A stretch of DNA of 64,000 nt from Eledone cirrhosa (GCA_964016885.1 OZ024743.1:2294001-2358000), one strand, 5' to 3'. Positions 24,621-36,875 are shown, numbered from the stretch's first letter. Program-made: numbers and translations. Notes: generated by a model from the letters alone, not told the origin.

Positions 24621-24759
24621 ATATATATATACTTCGTTTTTTAATTTGTTTTTCAAGATTTCTTATCTGAAAATGTGTGTTGAAACAGATATTGTTATAC
24701 TTTGGGAGGCTATATATTTATATATATATTTATATATATATAAATATATATATAAATAA

Positions 24760-24940
24760 CTGTTTCTACTTTTGGCACAAGGCCAGCAATTACCCGTGCA
24801 TTACTGGTGCATTGTTTTATCAACTCCGTAAGGATGAAAGGCAACGCTAACTTTGATGGGATTTGAACTCAGAACGCAAAGGGCAATAACTCTATACTGC
24901 TAAGTATGGTCTATGACGCTCTACCGATTCTGCCAATCCA
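24760..24940 (-). mobile_element. tRNA-derived SINE (same family as 62625-62821)
   Basis: TTTCTACTTTTGGCACAAGGCCAGCAATT...GGATTTGAACTCAGAA...CTGCCAATCCAC. Confidence 0.8.
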
Positions 24941-25081
24941 CATATATATAATGTAAGAAACTCAGACACAGAAATAACTGTAAATACAGTCAATTGATAG
25001 AAATGATAACTTGATGGAAAATAGTGGGCTGTGGCCACTATAAAAACCAAATTTCTTATATTTCAGACACCAGCTGACTAG

Positions 25082-25118
<37 letters not shown>

Positions 25119-25209
25119 CATATATATATCCACCACGCCACTCTCAAGAGCGTGAAACTAATAAACCTTTGTTCGTACTGCCTCTCTGTTTTGTTCCCGT
25201 TCAATTTTT

Positions 25210-25280
<71 letters not shown>

Positions 25281-25377
25281 CATATATATATACATACATA
25301 TATATATACATACATATATATATATATACATACATATATATATACATACATATATATATACATACATATATATATAT

Positions 25378-25420
<43 letters not shown>

Positions 25421-25427
<7 letters not shown>

Positions 25428-27206
25428 TAAAATAACAGATTAAAGTTTAAGCAAAGAATCGCTGCTTTCACGCTTAACGGGATCTTCTGAAACTAACAAA
25501 GTCAATCTGTAAACGCAGAAGTGGATATTTCAAAAACCGTTGCAACCGGAGGAAGACAGGAAGACGATACTTTGGTTCGTGGAAACGTTCCCTATGCAAA
25601 TAAGTAATGGTATAAACAAAACATATAATTAGCTACCACATCAAGACGTAAAATATCCACGTATAGACCGTACTATCCGTTAGGGTATAACGTGGGGCTG
25701 TAATACAGGACAGTTTTGTGCAATTTATGTTTACAAGCTGAAATTGTCTTAGATTTTTTGTTTAAGATGTGGTCTGTGGCGGAGAGTATTTCCAGGGCCT
25801 CAGTGGCGCAGAAGTCACATGGTCTTTTATTTCCATTATATGATCTAGCCCTAGCTAAGATCTCCCAGTGTAACTTATATTGGGTGTGGTTGTCTTTTAG
25901 ACTCCAGATATAAGCTGAAAGTGACGTCATATTCCTTCTTAGAGAGTAACGAAAAGAATGGGTATGCATGTAAAGACGCTGCTTGAATCTATTGGCGGTT
26001 AACCCTATGTAGGCCCTACGGGACGTGGGTGTTTCAACCTTACATTTGTAGACAATGTTACTAGAGAGGCATTTCCCAGATAGGGGGCAATCAACCCGAT
26101 TCCTACAATTACAGTTATTACTAACTACAGGGTTGCACGTGTTCCTATGGCTAGGTAGATTAACTAAATTTGAAGCTGTGATGTTATGTGCAAGGTTAGG
26201 AGTCATAGAGTAAGAAATTTTAATAGTATTTCTATTAAAAATTTTACTATATTTATATGTAGAGGGAAAATGCTTCGTAATAAGGGAAAGAAAGATCTTA
26301 GCTAATGGTGTGGCCACCTCCATATTATATGGTGGGTTATACCAACAAATGCGACGGAATCTATTTCTTCTAGGTCTATTTTCGTACTCTGTATATGCTA
26401 CCTTATCGACAAATCCACTCCGAGCAAGAGCTTCATTGTAATAAGTGGAATGGTCGTTGAAAATATGCTCGTTAGTAGATAGACGGGAAAGCCTCAACGA
26501 AACATTTCTTACCAGGTTCTTGGTTATGCTGGCAGGATGGTTGGAATGCTTACTTATGTAATTAAGCGTATCATTCGGCTTTCTATACGGGTAATACAAC
26601 CCATTCGATAAATTGAGGGTAACGTCAAGGTAATTAATGACCGAGATATTGGCCTCAACCTGTATAGAGAGGTTGAAGCCTTTAAAGAAGGCTGTGAGTT
26701 CTTTTCTGAATCTGTCGCAAGCAGGAGGTCCGCACTTAGTCATGGTCAAAAGACCATCGTCACGGTACAAACCACCGCCCACATTGGGGAATTCATCCTT
26801 GATAGAGAAAAGAAGGAAAAGGCCGATAAGATCAGTAACCTACGCAGAATCTGGCGCCCATACTCACGTCGAATGGGGTACTATTGGATTTTTTAATCCA
26901 AATAGAGTCGTCGTAATTAATCACTGACTTACGGGCATTGAGGATGACATCAACTTCGAAATCCTTAACCACTGTGAGTGTTTTAGCGAAATTGATAGCT
27001 CTAAGGAGAAGTGGTAAAGTGATGGAGGAGGAGTAATTGTTGATGTCGAATTGGATAAAACGGCAATGTTCTTTGTTGCATATGCCGTTGAACCAATCAA
27101 TCACCGCGAAAGAATTGTTCCACAGTGCAAGAGGGGCCAAACTTCTAATTTCTGGTATAATTCTATCAAGAATCCTTTTACTAAGTCTACCTACTAAGTC
27201 TACCAA
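25421..27206 (-). mobile_element. Penelope-like element (Naiad-like), left arm, 5'-truncated and frameshifted
   Basis: RT motifs QFDINNY, FDVSMG, GLYRDDG and YLDVTL, then CNCRNRVDCPLSGKC + GIY-YIG (IVYKC..YIGLT); 3' end abuts (TA)n. Confidence 0.92.
25673..26782 (-). CDS. PLE RT C-terminal half + GIY-YIG endonuclease (open segment of a disrupted ORF)
   Basis: 369-aa ORF; the upstream part 26832-27206 is in another frame. Confidence 0.75.
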   Translation of the reverse strand: MGGGLYRDDGLLTMTKCGPPACDRFRKELTAFFKGFNLSIQVEANISVINYLDVTLNLSNGLYYPYRKPNDTLNYISKHSNHPASITKNLVRNVSLRLSRLSTNEHIFNDHSTYYNEALARSGFVDKVAYTEYENRPRRNRFRRICWYNPPYNMEVATPLAKIFLSLITKHFPSTYKYSKIFNRNTIKISYSMTPNLAHNITASNLVNLPSHRNTCNPVVSNNCNCRNRVDCPLSGKCLSSNIVYKCKVETPTSRRAYIGLTANRFKQRLYMHTHSFRYSLRRNMTSLSAYIWSLKDNHTQYKLHWEILARARSYNGNKRPCDFCATEALEILSATDHILNKKSKTISACKHKLHKTVLYYSPTLYPNG

Positions 27207-28662
27207 CCGGTGGTTTGTACCGTGATGATGGTCTTTTGACCATGACTAAGTGCGGACCTCGTGCTTGCGACAGGTTCAGAAAAGAACTCACAGCCTTCTT
27301 TAAAGGCTTCAACCTCTCTATACAGGTTGAGGCCAATCTCTCGGTCGTTAATTACCTCGACATTACCCTCAATTTATCGAATGGGTTGTATTACCCGTAT
27401 AGAAAGCCGAATGATACGCTTAATTACATAAGTAAGCATTCCAACCATCCTGCCAGCATAACCAAGAACCTGGTAAGAAATGTTTCGTTGAAACTTTCCC
27501 GTCCATCTACTAACGAGCATATTTTCAGCGACCATTCCACTTATTACAATGAAGCTCTTGCTCGGAGTGGATTTGTCGATAAGGTAGCATATACAGAGTA
27601 CGTAAATAGACCTAGAAGAAATAGATCCCATCGCATTTGTTGGTATAACCCACCATATATATGGAGGTGGCCACACCATTAGCTAAGATCTTTTTTTCCC
27701 TTATTACGAAGCATTTTCCCCTACACATAAATATAGTAAAATTTTTAATAGAAATACTATTAAAATTTCTTACTCTACGACTCCTAACCTTGCACATAAC
27801 ATCACAGCTTCAAATTTAGCTAAACTACCTAGCCGTAGGAACACGTGCAACCCTGTAGTTAGTATTAACTGTAATTGTAGGAATCGGGTTGATTGCCCCC
27901 TATCCGGGAAATGCCTCTCTAGTAACATTGTCTACAAATGTAAGGTTGAAACACCCACGTCCCGTAGGGCCTACATAGGGTTAACCGCCAATAGATTCAA
28001 GCAGCGTCTTTACATGCATACCCATTCTTTTCGTTACCCTCTAAGAAGGAATATGACGTCACTTTCAGCTTATATCTGGAGTCTAAAAGACAACCACACC
28101 CAATATAAGTTACACTGGGAGATCCTAGCTGGGAGATCCTAGCTAGATCGTATGACGGAAATAAAAGACCATGTGACCTCTGCGCTGCTGAGGCCCAGGA
28201 AATACTCTATGCCACAGACCAACCACATCTTAAACAAAAAATCTAAGACAATTTCAGCTTGTAAACATAAATTGCACAAAACTGTCCTGTATTACAGCCC
28301 CACGTTATACCCTAACGGATAGTACGGTCTATACGTGGATATTTTACGTCTTGATGTGGTAGCTAATTATATGTTTTGTTTATACCATTACTTATTTGCA
28401 TAGGGAACGTTTCCACGAACCAAAGTATCGTCTTCCTGTCTTCCTCCGGTTGCAACGTTTTTTGAAATATCCACTTCTGCGTTTACAGATTGACTTTGTT
28501 AGTTTCAGAAGATCCCGTTAAGCGTGAAAGCAGCGATTCTTTGCTTAAACTTTAATCTGTTATTTTAATAAATATTCGCTCTACGGTTCTTATATATTTG
28601 ATATATATTTATCCTTATCGAGCCCTCTTTGGATTTTAGTCTTCAAATTTATTATTATTACT
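27207..28662 (+). mobile_element. Same PLE, inverted right arm
   Basis: Begins at GGLYRDDG; reverse complement of 25421-26778 with scattered substitutions/indels and ~85 extra 3' bases before (TA)n. Confidence 0.92.
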
Positions 28663-28686
28663 ATATATATATATATACATACATAT

Positions 28687-28723
<37 letters not shown>

Positions 28724-28754
28724 CATACATATATACATACATATATATATATAT

Positions 28755-28999
28755 AATCATCATCACCGTTTTACATCCGTTCTTCCACGCTAGCATGGGT
28801 TAGACGGGTTGTCCTGTTGTGGGCAGTGTCTGGTCGGCTGACCATGCCTTGCTCATACAGAAACTGATCTGGCTTGATTTCTACAGCTGGATGCCCTTCC
28901 TAACACCAACCTCATTTACAGTGAGTGCTGGGTGCTTTTTTGTGGCGCCTACACGTCCACTTTACAGTGTGGGCTGGGTGCTTTTTTGCCGTGGCACCT

Positions 29000-29002
<3 letters not shown>
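28755..29002 (-). mobile_element. 3' UTR-only copy of RTE family B
   Basis: Near-identical reverse complement of 36370-36615. Confidence 0.92.
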
Positions 29003-29038
<36 letters not shown>

Positions 29039-29043
29039 CATAT

Positions 29044-29132
<89 letters not shown>

Positions 29133-29135
<3 letters not shown>

Positions 29136-32100
29136 GAAGGTATTTTAGCCTACATATTGTCGTTAATATCATGATATTCCCTGCTGTATTAGCGTTAAAT
29201 TTTCCCTGCTGTATTAGCGATAAATTTTCGAGGGTTTCTCTTAGTAGTTTTTTCATGACGTTATTATTGTTAATTTTACGGATGTAGTATTAACTTATTA
29301 ACTTGGATATTTACCATGCGGTATTCTAATCCTATTGTATCTCTCTCAGTTATTTACCATGCGACCCTCAGTTCCTACCCCCCCCTCTCTATGCACTTCT
29401 TTAAGGCTTACTACCCTGTCTTTAAACTAATTCATTCAATCTGAAAATATTGAAGAGATAAGACACTTTCCCATTCTTCTCTGCTAAAATGTATCACTAG
29501 AGCTGATTCCAATTTTTCCAGCCATCCATCTAATCTACGAAGGTATTTTAGCCTACATATTGTCGTTAATATTATGATGTTCCCTGCTGTATTAGCGTTA
29601 AATTTTCCCTGCTGTATTAGCGATAAATTTTCGAGGGTTTCTCTTAGTAGTTTTTTCATGATGTTATTATTGTTAATTTTACTGATGTAGTATTAACTTA
29701 TTAACTTGGATATTTACCATGCGGTATTCTAATCCTATTGTATCTCTCTCAGTTATTTACCATGCGACCCTCAGTTCCTGCCCCCCCCTCTCTATGCACT
29801 TCTTTAAGGCTTACTACCCTGTCTTTAACCTAATTCATTCAATCTGAAAATATTGAAGAGATAAGACACTTTCCCATTCTTCTCTGCTAAAATGTATCAC
29901 TAGAGCTGATTCCAATTTTTCCAGCCATCCATCTAATCTACGAAGGTATTTTAGCCTACATATTGTCGTTAATATTATGATGTTCCCTGCTGTATTAGCG
30001 TTAAATTTTCCCTGCTGTATTAGCGATAAATTTTCGAGGGTTTCTCTTAGTAGTTTTTTCATGACATTATTATTGTTAATTTTACTGATGTAGTATTAAC
30101 TTATTAACTTGGATATTTACCATGCGGTATTCTAATCCTATTGTATCTCTCTCAGTTATTTACCATGCGACCCTCAGTTCCTGCCCCCCCCTCTCTATGC
30201 ACTTCTTTAAGGCTTACTACCCTGTCTTTAACCTAATTCATTCAATCTGAAAATATTGAAGAGATAAGACACTTTCCCATTCTTCTCTGCTAAAATGTAT
30301 CACTAGAGTGATTCCAATTTTTCCAGCCATCCATCTAATCTACGAAGGTATTTTAGCCTACATATTGTCGTTAATATTATGATGTTCCCTGCTGTATTAG
30401 CGTTAAATTTTCCCTGCTGTATTAGCGATAAATTTTCGAGGGTTTCTCTTAGTAGTTTTTTCCATGACGTTATTATTGTTAATTTTACTGATGTAGTATT
30501 AACTTATTAACTTGGATATTTACCATGCGGTATTCTAATCCTATTGTATCTCTCTCAGTTATTTACCATGCGACCCTCAGTTCCTACCCCCCCCCCCCCC
30601 TCTCTATGCACTTCTTTAAGGCTTACTACCCTGTCTTTAGCCTAATTCATTCAATCTGAAAATATTGAAGAGATAAGACACTTTCCCATTCTTCTCTGCT
30701 AAAATGTATCACTAGAGCTGATTCCAATTTTTCCAGCCATCCATCTAATCTACGAAGGTATTTTAGCCTACATATTGTCGTTAATATTATGATGTTCCCT
30801 GCTGTATTAGCGTTAAATTTTCCCTGCTGTATTAGCGATAAATTTTCGAGGGTTTCTCTTAGTAGTTTTTTCATGACGTTATTATTGTTAATTTTACTGA
30901 TGTAGTATTAACTTATTAACTTGGATATTTACCATGCGGTATTCTAATCCTATTGTATCTCTCTCAGTTATTTACCATGCGACCCTCAGTTCCTACCCCC
31001 CCCCTCTCTATGCACTTCTTTAAGGCTTACTACCCTGTCTTTAGCCTAATTCATTCAATCTGAAAATATTGAAGAGATAAGACACTTTCCCATTCTTCTC
31101 TGCTAAAATGTATCACTAGAGCTGATTCCAATTTTTCCAGCCATCCATCTAATCTACGAAGGTATTTTAGCCTACATATTGTCGTTAATATTATGATGTT
31201 CCCTGCTGTATTAGCGTTAAATTTTCCCTGCTGTATTAGCGATAAATTTTCGAGGGTTTCTCTTAGTAGTTTTTTCATGACGTTATTATTGTTAATTTTA
31301 CTGATGTAGTATTAACTTATTAACTTGGATATTTACCATGCGGTATTCTAATCCTATTGTATATCTCTCAGTTATTTACCATGCGACCCTCAGTTCCTAC
31401 CCCCCCCCCTCTCTATGCACTTCTTTAAGGCTTACTACCCTGTCTTTAACCTAATTCATTCAATCTGAAAATATTGAAGAGATAAGACACTTTCCCATTC
31501 TTCTCTGCTAAAATGTATCACTAGAGCTGATTCCAATTTTTCCAGCCATCCATCTAATCTACGAAGGTATTTTAGCCTACATATTGTCGTTAATATTATG
31601 ATGTTCCCTGCTGTATTAGCGTTAAATTTTCCCTGCTGTATTAGCGATAAATTTTCGAGGGTTTCTCTTAGTAGTTTTTTCCATGACGTTATTATTGTTA
31701 ATTTTACTGATGTAGTATTAACTTGGATATTTACCATGCGGTATTCTAATCCTATTGTATCTCTCTCAGTTATTTACCATGCGACCCTCAGTTCCTACCC
31801 CCCCCCCCTCTCTATGCACTTCTTTAAGGCTTACTACCCTGTCTTTAACCTAATTCATTCAATCTGAAAATATTGAAGAGATAAGACACTTTCCCATTCT
31901 TCTCTGCTAAAATGTATCACTAGAGCTGATTCCAATTTTTCCAGCCATCCATCTAATCTACGAAGGTATTTTAGCCTACATATTGTCGTTAATATTATGA
32001 TGTTCCCTGCTGTATTAGCGTTAAATTTTCCCTGCTGTATTAGCGATAAATTTTCGAGGGTTTCTCTTAGTAGTTTTTTCCATGACGTTATTATTGTTAA

Positions 32101-32962
32101 TTTTACTGATGTAGTATTAACTTATTAACTTGGATATTTACCATGCGGTATTCTAATCCTATTGTATCTCTCTCAGTTATTTACCATGCGACCCTCAGTT
32201 CCTACCCCCCCCCTCTCTATGCACTTCTTTAAGGCTTACTACCCTGTCTTTAGCCTAATTCATTCCCTCTGAAAATATTGAAGAGATAAGACACTTTCCC
32301 ATTCTTCTCTGCTAAAATGTATCACTAGAGCTGATTCCAATTTTTCCAGCCATCCATCTAATCTACGAAGGTATTTTAGCCTACATATTGTCGTTAATAT
32401 TATGATGTTCCCTGCTGTATTAGCGTTAAATTTTCCCTGCTGTATTAGCGATAAATTTTCGAGGGTTTCTCTTAGTAGTTTTTTCCATGACGTTATTATT
32501 GTTAATTTTACTGATGTAGTATTAACTTATTAACTTGGATATTTACCATGCGGTATTCTAATCCTATTGTATCTCTCTCAGTTATTTACCATGCGACCCT
32601 CAGTTCCTACCCCCCCTCTCTATGCACTTCTTTAAGGCTTACTACCCTGTCTTTAACCTAATTCATTCAATCTGAAAATATTGAAGAGATAAGACACTTT
32701 CCCATTCTTCTCTGCTAAAATGTATCACTAGAGCTGATTCCAATTTTTCCAGCCATCCATCTAATCTACGAAGGTATTTTAGCCTACATATTGTCGTTAA
32801 TATTATGATGTTCCCTGCTGTATAAGCGTTAAATTTTCCCTGCTGTATTAGCGATAAATTTTCGAGGGTTTCTCTTAGTAGTTTTTTCATGACGTTATTA
32901 TTGTTAATTTTACTGATGTAGTATTAACTTGGATATTTACCATGCGACCCTCAGTTCCTACC
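29133..32962. repeat. ~404-bp tandem array, 9 full units + 1 partial
   Basis: TACGAAGGTATTTTAGCC recurs at 29133, 29536, 29939, 30341, 30751, 31155, 31560, 31959, 32364 and 32767. Confidence 0.97.
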
Positions 32963-35900
32963 TCACAATTTCCCCCCACCCCCACCCCCACACACCATCA
33001 TAGTCTATTCGACCAATCAAACCTAGCATGCCATTTCCACTGCTGCTGCTACTACCTGCCTAACTAACTCTCTCCTCCTCTGGCGCATCCCAATACACCC
33101 TGCCATTACCCCACCACCACTGTTCTTCTAGCCCTCAATTTTCCCACCGTTATGGATGGATGAGCTGGGAATACACGAGCAACTCTGAATCAATAGATGA
33201 AATATGAATCTGCGAGCTACCAAGCACCCACGTGAAGCGCCAACCCAGAGACCCTCCCCTACGAGTGTCGACAAATGCCCAAAACTCCGAGTTGGTACCA
33301 TCAATGTAGGCTCAATGAAAGGAAGAGCAGGAGAAATCGTAGAAATGCTAGAGCGAAAGGAAGTTGATGTATGCTATGTGCAAGAGACTAGATGGAGAGG
33401 AGGGTCTGCTAGAGTCCTTGTAGGAAAAAGCCAGTGCTACAAATTTTTCTGGGTGGGAAATGACGATGGGGTGGGTGGTGTAGGTATACTATTAGCTGAC
33501 AAGTGGGTAGATAAAGTAATCTCAGTGTACAGGGTAAATGCAAGAATCATTAAACTCAGACTAGTCCTGAATAAGACAATTACCACAATAATATCAGCTT
33601 ACGCACCCCAATCGGGGCTGCCAGACGAACTTAAGGATAGGTTTTACGAGGTCCTAATACACACTACTGCTCTAACAGACGACAAGGACTTCCTAATCAT
33701 TGCAGGAGATTTTAACGGACACGTAGGTAAACACTGCGACGGCTTCAATAGAGTACATGGAGGCCATGGAGTTGGCACAAGGAATGAGGAAGGATTCAGA
33801 CTTCTAGAATTCTGCGACGCCAATGACATGTCGATATGTAACACAAACTTTAAAAAACCCGACAACCACCTGATCACCTATAGATCAGGGGAGCACTCTA
33901 GTCAGTTACATTTTATCCTCATCAGAGGACGTGACAGATGGACGGTCGAAAACACAAAAGCCTTCCCTAGTGAGGAATGTACATCCCAACATAGCTTAGT
34001 TGTCAGCGACCTCACGGTCAGAACTAGACGAGCCCTGAAACAGAGGCCAACCTGGAGAAGAAAGATCTGGAAGCTGAAAGTCCCCTCAACCAGTAACAGA
34101 TTTAAAGATATTTTACTCAACGCCTACGACAGTAAAGAAGAACAGATGCAGACATTTAACGTAGAAGAGAACTGGCAGTTCCTAAAAAATAACTTACTAG
34201 AGGCGACGGATGAGGTTTGTGGCTGGAGTAAGACCTCAAGCAGGAGGAGAGTGACTTGGTGGTGGAACAATAAGGTAGATGAAGCAGTCAAGGCCAAGAG
34301 ACAGGCATGGAAAGAATGGAAGAACGGGGGGAGCAGGGTACATTACATAGAGACCAAGAGGGAAGCTAGGCGACAAGTATACTTAGCTAGGAGGGAAGCA
34401 GAGGATAGAAAATTCAAGCATGTTTTACAACGTGAGGACCAGAAACAGGAGGTATTCAAGATTGCGAGGCAGTGTGTCAGAGATAGTTGTGATGTCATTG
34501 GAGAGAAGTGTATCCGGAATGATAAAGGTGAGCTTGCCCTCACAAGTGCTGAGAAGAAAGATGCATGGAAGAGTCATTATGATAGATTACTAAATGAGGA
34601 GAATGCATGGGAAGAAGAGACCCTACCCCACGTAGACCCTATAGAGGGACCAGCAGTACAAGTCAGCGGCAGCGTAGTAAGTAAGGCAATCAGAAATATG
34701 AAAATAGGGAAGGCAACCGGTCCATCGGGTATAGCTGCCGAGATGCTGAAGGCATCTGGGTCTGTAGGTCACACTATAACCACACGTATCGTTAACCAGG
34801 TAATACTAGATGGGGCCATACCAAAAGATTGGTGCAGTAGCATCATTGTCAACTGCTACAAAGGTAAAGGCGATGCACTAGATAGGGGAAACTATAGAGG
34901 TATAAAGTTGATGGACCAGGTCATGAAAGTAACAGAAAGAGTTATAGCACAGCTGATTAGGGACCGGGTGAATATAGACGAGATGCAATTTGGGTTTGTA
35001 CCAGGGAAAGGCACCACTGATGCCCTCTTCCTTGTGAGGCAATTACAGGAAAAGTACCTAGCTAAAAGTAAGCCACTCTACTTGGCATTTGTCGACCTTG
35101 AGAAAACCTTTGACAGAGTTCCACGTGCAGTAATCTGGTGGGCTCTTAGAAAACTAGGAGTAGATGAATGGCTTGTGAAAGCGGTACAAGCCATGTATAG
35201 GGGAGCAGTCAGCAAAGTTAGGATTGGCAATGAGTATAGCGAGGAATTTAGCGTACAGGTTGGGGTCCACCAGGGCTCTGTTCTTAGCCCTCTCCTGTTC
35301 ATCATAGTCCTGCAGGCAATAACGGAGGAGTTTAAGACCGGATGCCCATGGGAACTCCTGTATGCTGATGACCTCGCACTCATAGCTGAATCTATGGTAG
35401 AACTAGAGAATAAATTCCAAACCTGGAAGCAGGGACTAGAGAGAAAGGGCCTCAAAGTCAACATGACAAAGACTAAGGTCCTTATAAGTAGACGAGAAAA
35501 CAGAACCCAGATCCCCTCAGGGAAATGGCCTTGCTCAGTATGTAGGAAAGGTGTAGGTAGGAACTCCATTCTCTGCCCCAAATGCAAACAATGGGTACAC
35601 AAGAGATGTAGCGGGATCTCAGGAAGCTTAATTAAGAATGTAGGATTCACATGCAGCAGCTGTGCTGAAACAGCAAGCAAACAGCCACAGGAAACAAGTA
35701 CCACCAATCTCTGGGAGGGCCCTGTAGAAACAGTAGACAGCTTCTGCTACCTAGGTGACCGAATTAGCAACGGAGGTGGGTGCTCAGAAAGTACAATAAC
35801 TAGGGTAAGAACGGGATGGAAGAAGTTTAGGGAACTACTACCACTGCTAGCTGCAAAAGGCTTCTCCCTCAGAATGAAAGGCAGACTGTATGATGCGTGT

Positions 35901-36623
35901 ATCCGAACAGCGATGTTGCATGGTAGTGAGACCTGGGCGCTGAAGGTGGAAGACTTACGTAGATTAGAGAGAAACGAAGCCTGCATGCTCCGATGGATGT
36001 GTAACAGTAATATACGTGAACGACAAAGCATAAAGGAATTGAGAGAGAGACTGAGCATAAGAGGAATCAAATGCTGCGTGCAGGAGAGGCGGTTACGCTG
36101 GTATGGACATGTGATGCGTATGAAGGATGACAGCTGCATAAAAAGGTGCAGAGCACTAGAAGTTGATGGAAACCGCGGAGTGGGGAGACCCAAGATGACT
36201 TGGGATGAGGTGATAAAAGCCGACCTTACCCAACTACACCTCTCAAAGTCAATGACACACGACCGTGACTTCTGGCGTCACGCAGTAATACAGGGTACCC
36301 GACCTCCCATGGGTACATGCTGAAGCATATAAACAATATGCACCCCCCGCCCCACCGCAAGGTGGTCGTGGAGGTGCCACGGCAAAAAAGCACCCAGCCC
36401 ACACTGTAAAGTGGACGTGTAGGCGCCACGAAAAAGCACCCAGCACTCACTGTAAATGAGGTTGGTGTTAGGAAGGGCATCCAGCTGTAGAAATCAAGCC
36501 AGATCAGTTCCTGTATGAGCAAGGCATGGTCAGCCGACCAGACACTGCCCACAACAGGACAACCCGTCTAACCCATGCTAGCGTGGAAGAACGGACGTAA
36601 AACGGTGATGATGATGATGATGA
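32963..36623 (+). mobile_element. RTE-clade LINE family B with a complete ORF
   Basis: C-rich leader, 1039-aa ORF, ~280-bp 3' UTR ending CCCATGCTAGCGTGGAAGAACGGACGTAAAACG(GAT)n. Confidence 0.95.
33204..36323 (+). CDS. RTE ORF: APE endonuclease + reverse transcriptase + C4HC3 finger
   Basis: [50 protein letters not shown] and RLRWYGHV; no stops. Confidence 0.93.
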   Translation: MNLRATKHPREAPTQRPSPTSVDKCPKLRVGTINVGSMKGRAGEIVEMLERKEVDVCYVQETRWRGGSARVLVGKSQCYKFFWVGNDDGVGGVGILLADKWVDKVISVYRVNARIIKLRLVLNKTITTIISAYAPQSGLPDELKDRFYEVLIHTTALTDDKDFLIIAGDFNGHVGKHCDGFNRVHGGHGVGTRNEEGFRLLEFCDANDMSICNTNFKKPDNHLITYRSGEHSSQLHFILIRGRDRWTVENTKAFPSEECTSQHSLVVSDLTVRTRRALKQRPTWRRKIWKLKVPSTSNRFKDILLNAYDSKEEQMQTFNVEENWQFLKNNLLEATDEVCGWSKTSSRRRVTWWWNNKVDEAVKAKRQAWKEWKNGGSRVHYIETKREARRQVYLARREAEDRKFKHVLQREDQKQEVFKIARQCVRDSCDVIGEKCIRNDKGELALTSAEKKDAWKSHYDRLLNEENAWEEETLPHVDPIEGPAVQVSGSVVSKAIRNMKIGKATGPSGIAAEMLKASGSVGHTITTRIVNQVILDGAIPKDWCSSIIVNCYKGKGDALDRGNYRGIKLMDQVMKVTERVIAQLIRDRVNIDEMQFGFVPGKGTTDALFLVRQLQEKYLAKSKPLYLAFVDLEKTFDRVPRAVIWWALRKLGVDEWLVKAVQAMYRGAVSKVRIGNEYSEEFSVQVGVHQGSVLSPLLFIIVLQAITEEFKTGCPWELLYADDLALIAESMVELENKFQTWKQGLERKGLKVNMTKTKVLISRRENRTQIPSGKWPCSVCRKGVGRNSILCPKCKQWVHKRCSGISGSLIKNVGFTCSSCAETASKQPQETSTTNLWEGPVETVDSFCYLGDRISNGGGCSESTITRVRTGWKKFRELLPLLAAKGFSLRMKGRLYDACIRTAMLHGSETWALKVEDLRRLERNEACMLRWMCNSNIRERQSIKELRERLSIRGIKCCVQERRLRWYGHVMRMKDDSCIKRCRALEVDGNRGVGRPKMTWDEVIKADLTQLHLSKSMTHDRDFWRHAVIQGTRPPMGTC

Positions 36624-36627
36624 CATA

Positions 36628-36677
<50 letters not shown>

Positions 36678-36842
36678 TACATATATATATACATATATAA
36701 ATATATATACATATATATATATATATACATATATAAATATATATACATATATATATATATATACATATATATACATATATATATACATATATATACATAT
36801 ATATATATATATACATATATATACATATATATATATATATAC

Positions 36843-36875
<33 letters not shown>

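Noticed and set aside
28500-28545. Hammerhead in the fold-back PLE terminus (CAGAAGA...GAAA)
   Set aside because: The core is CAGAAGA in both arms, and I could not build stems I and III
29680-29720. CTGATG motif in the 404-bp unit as a hammerhead
   Set aside because: It reads CTGATGT with no stem II or GAAA
29432-32890. Repeated 75-aa [14 protein letters not shown]... as a tandem gene family
   Set aside because: It is frameshifted in several units and has no recognisable domain; a faint resemblance to L1 ORF2 C-terminal sequence could not be supported
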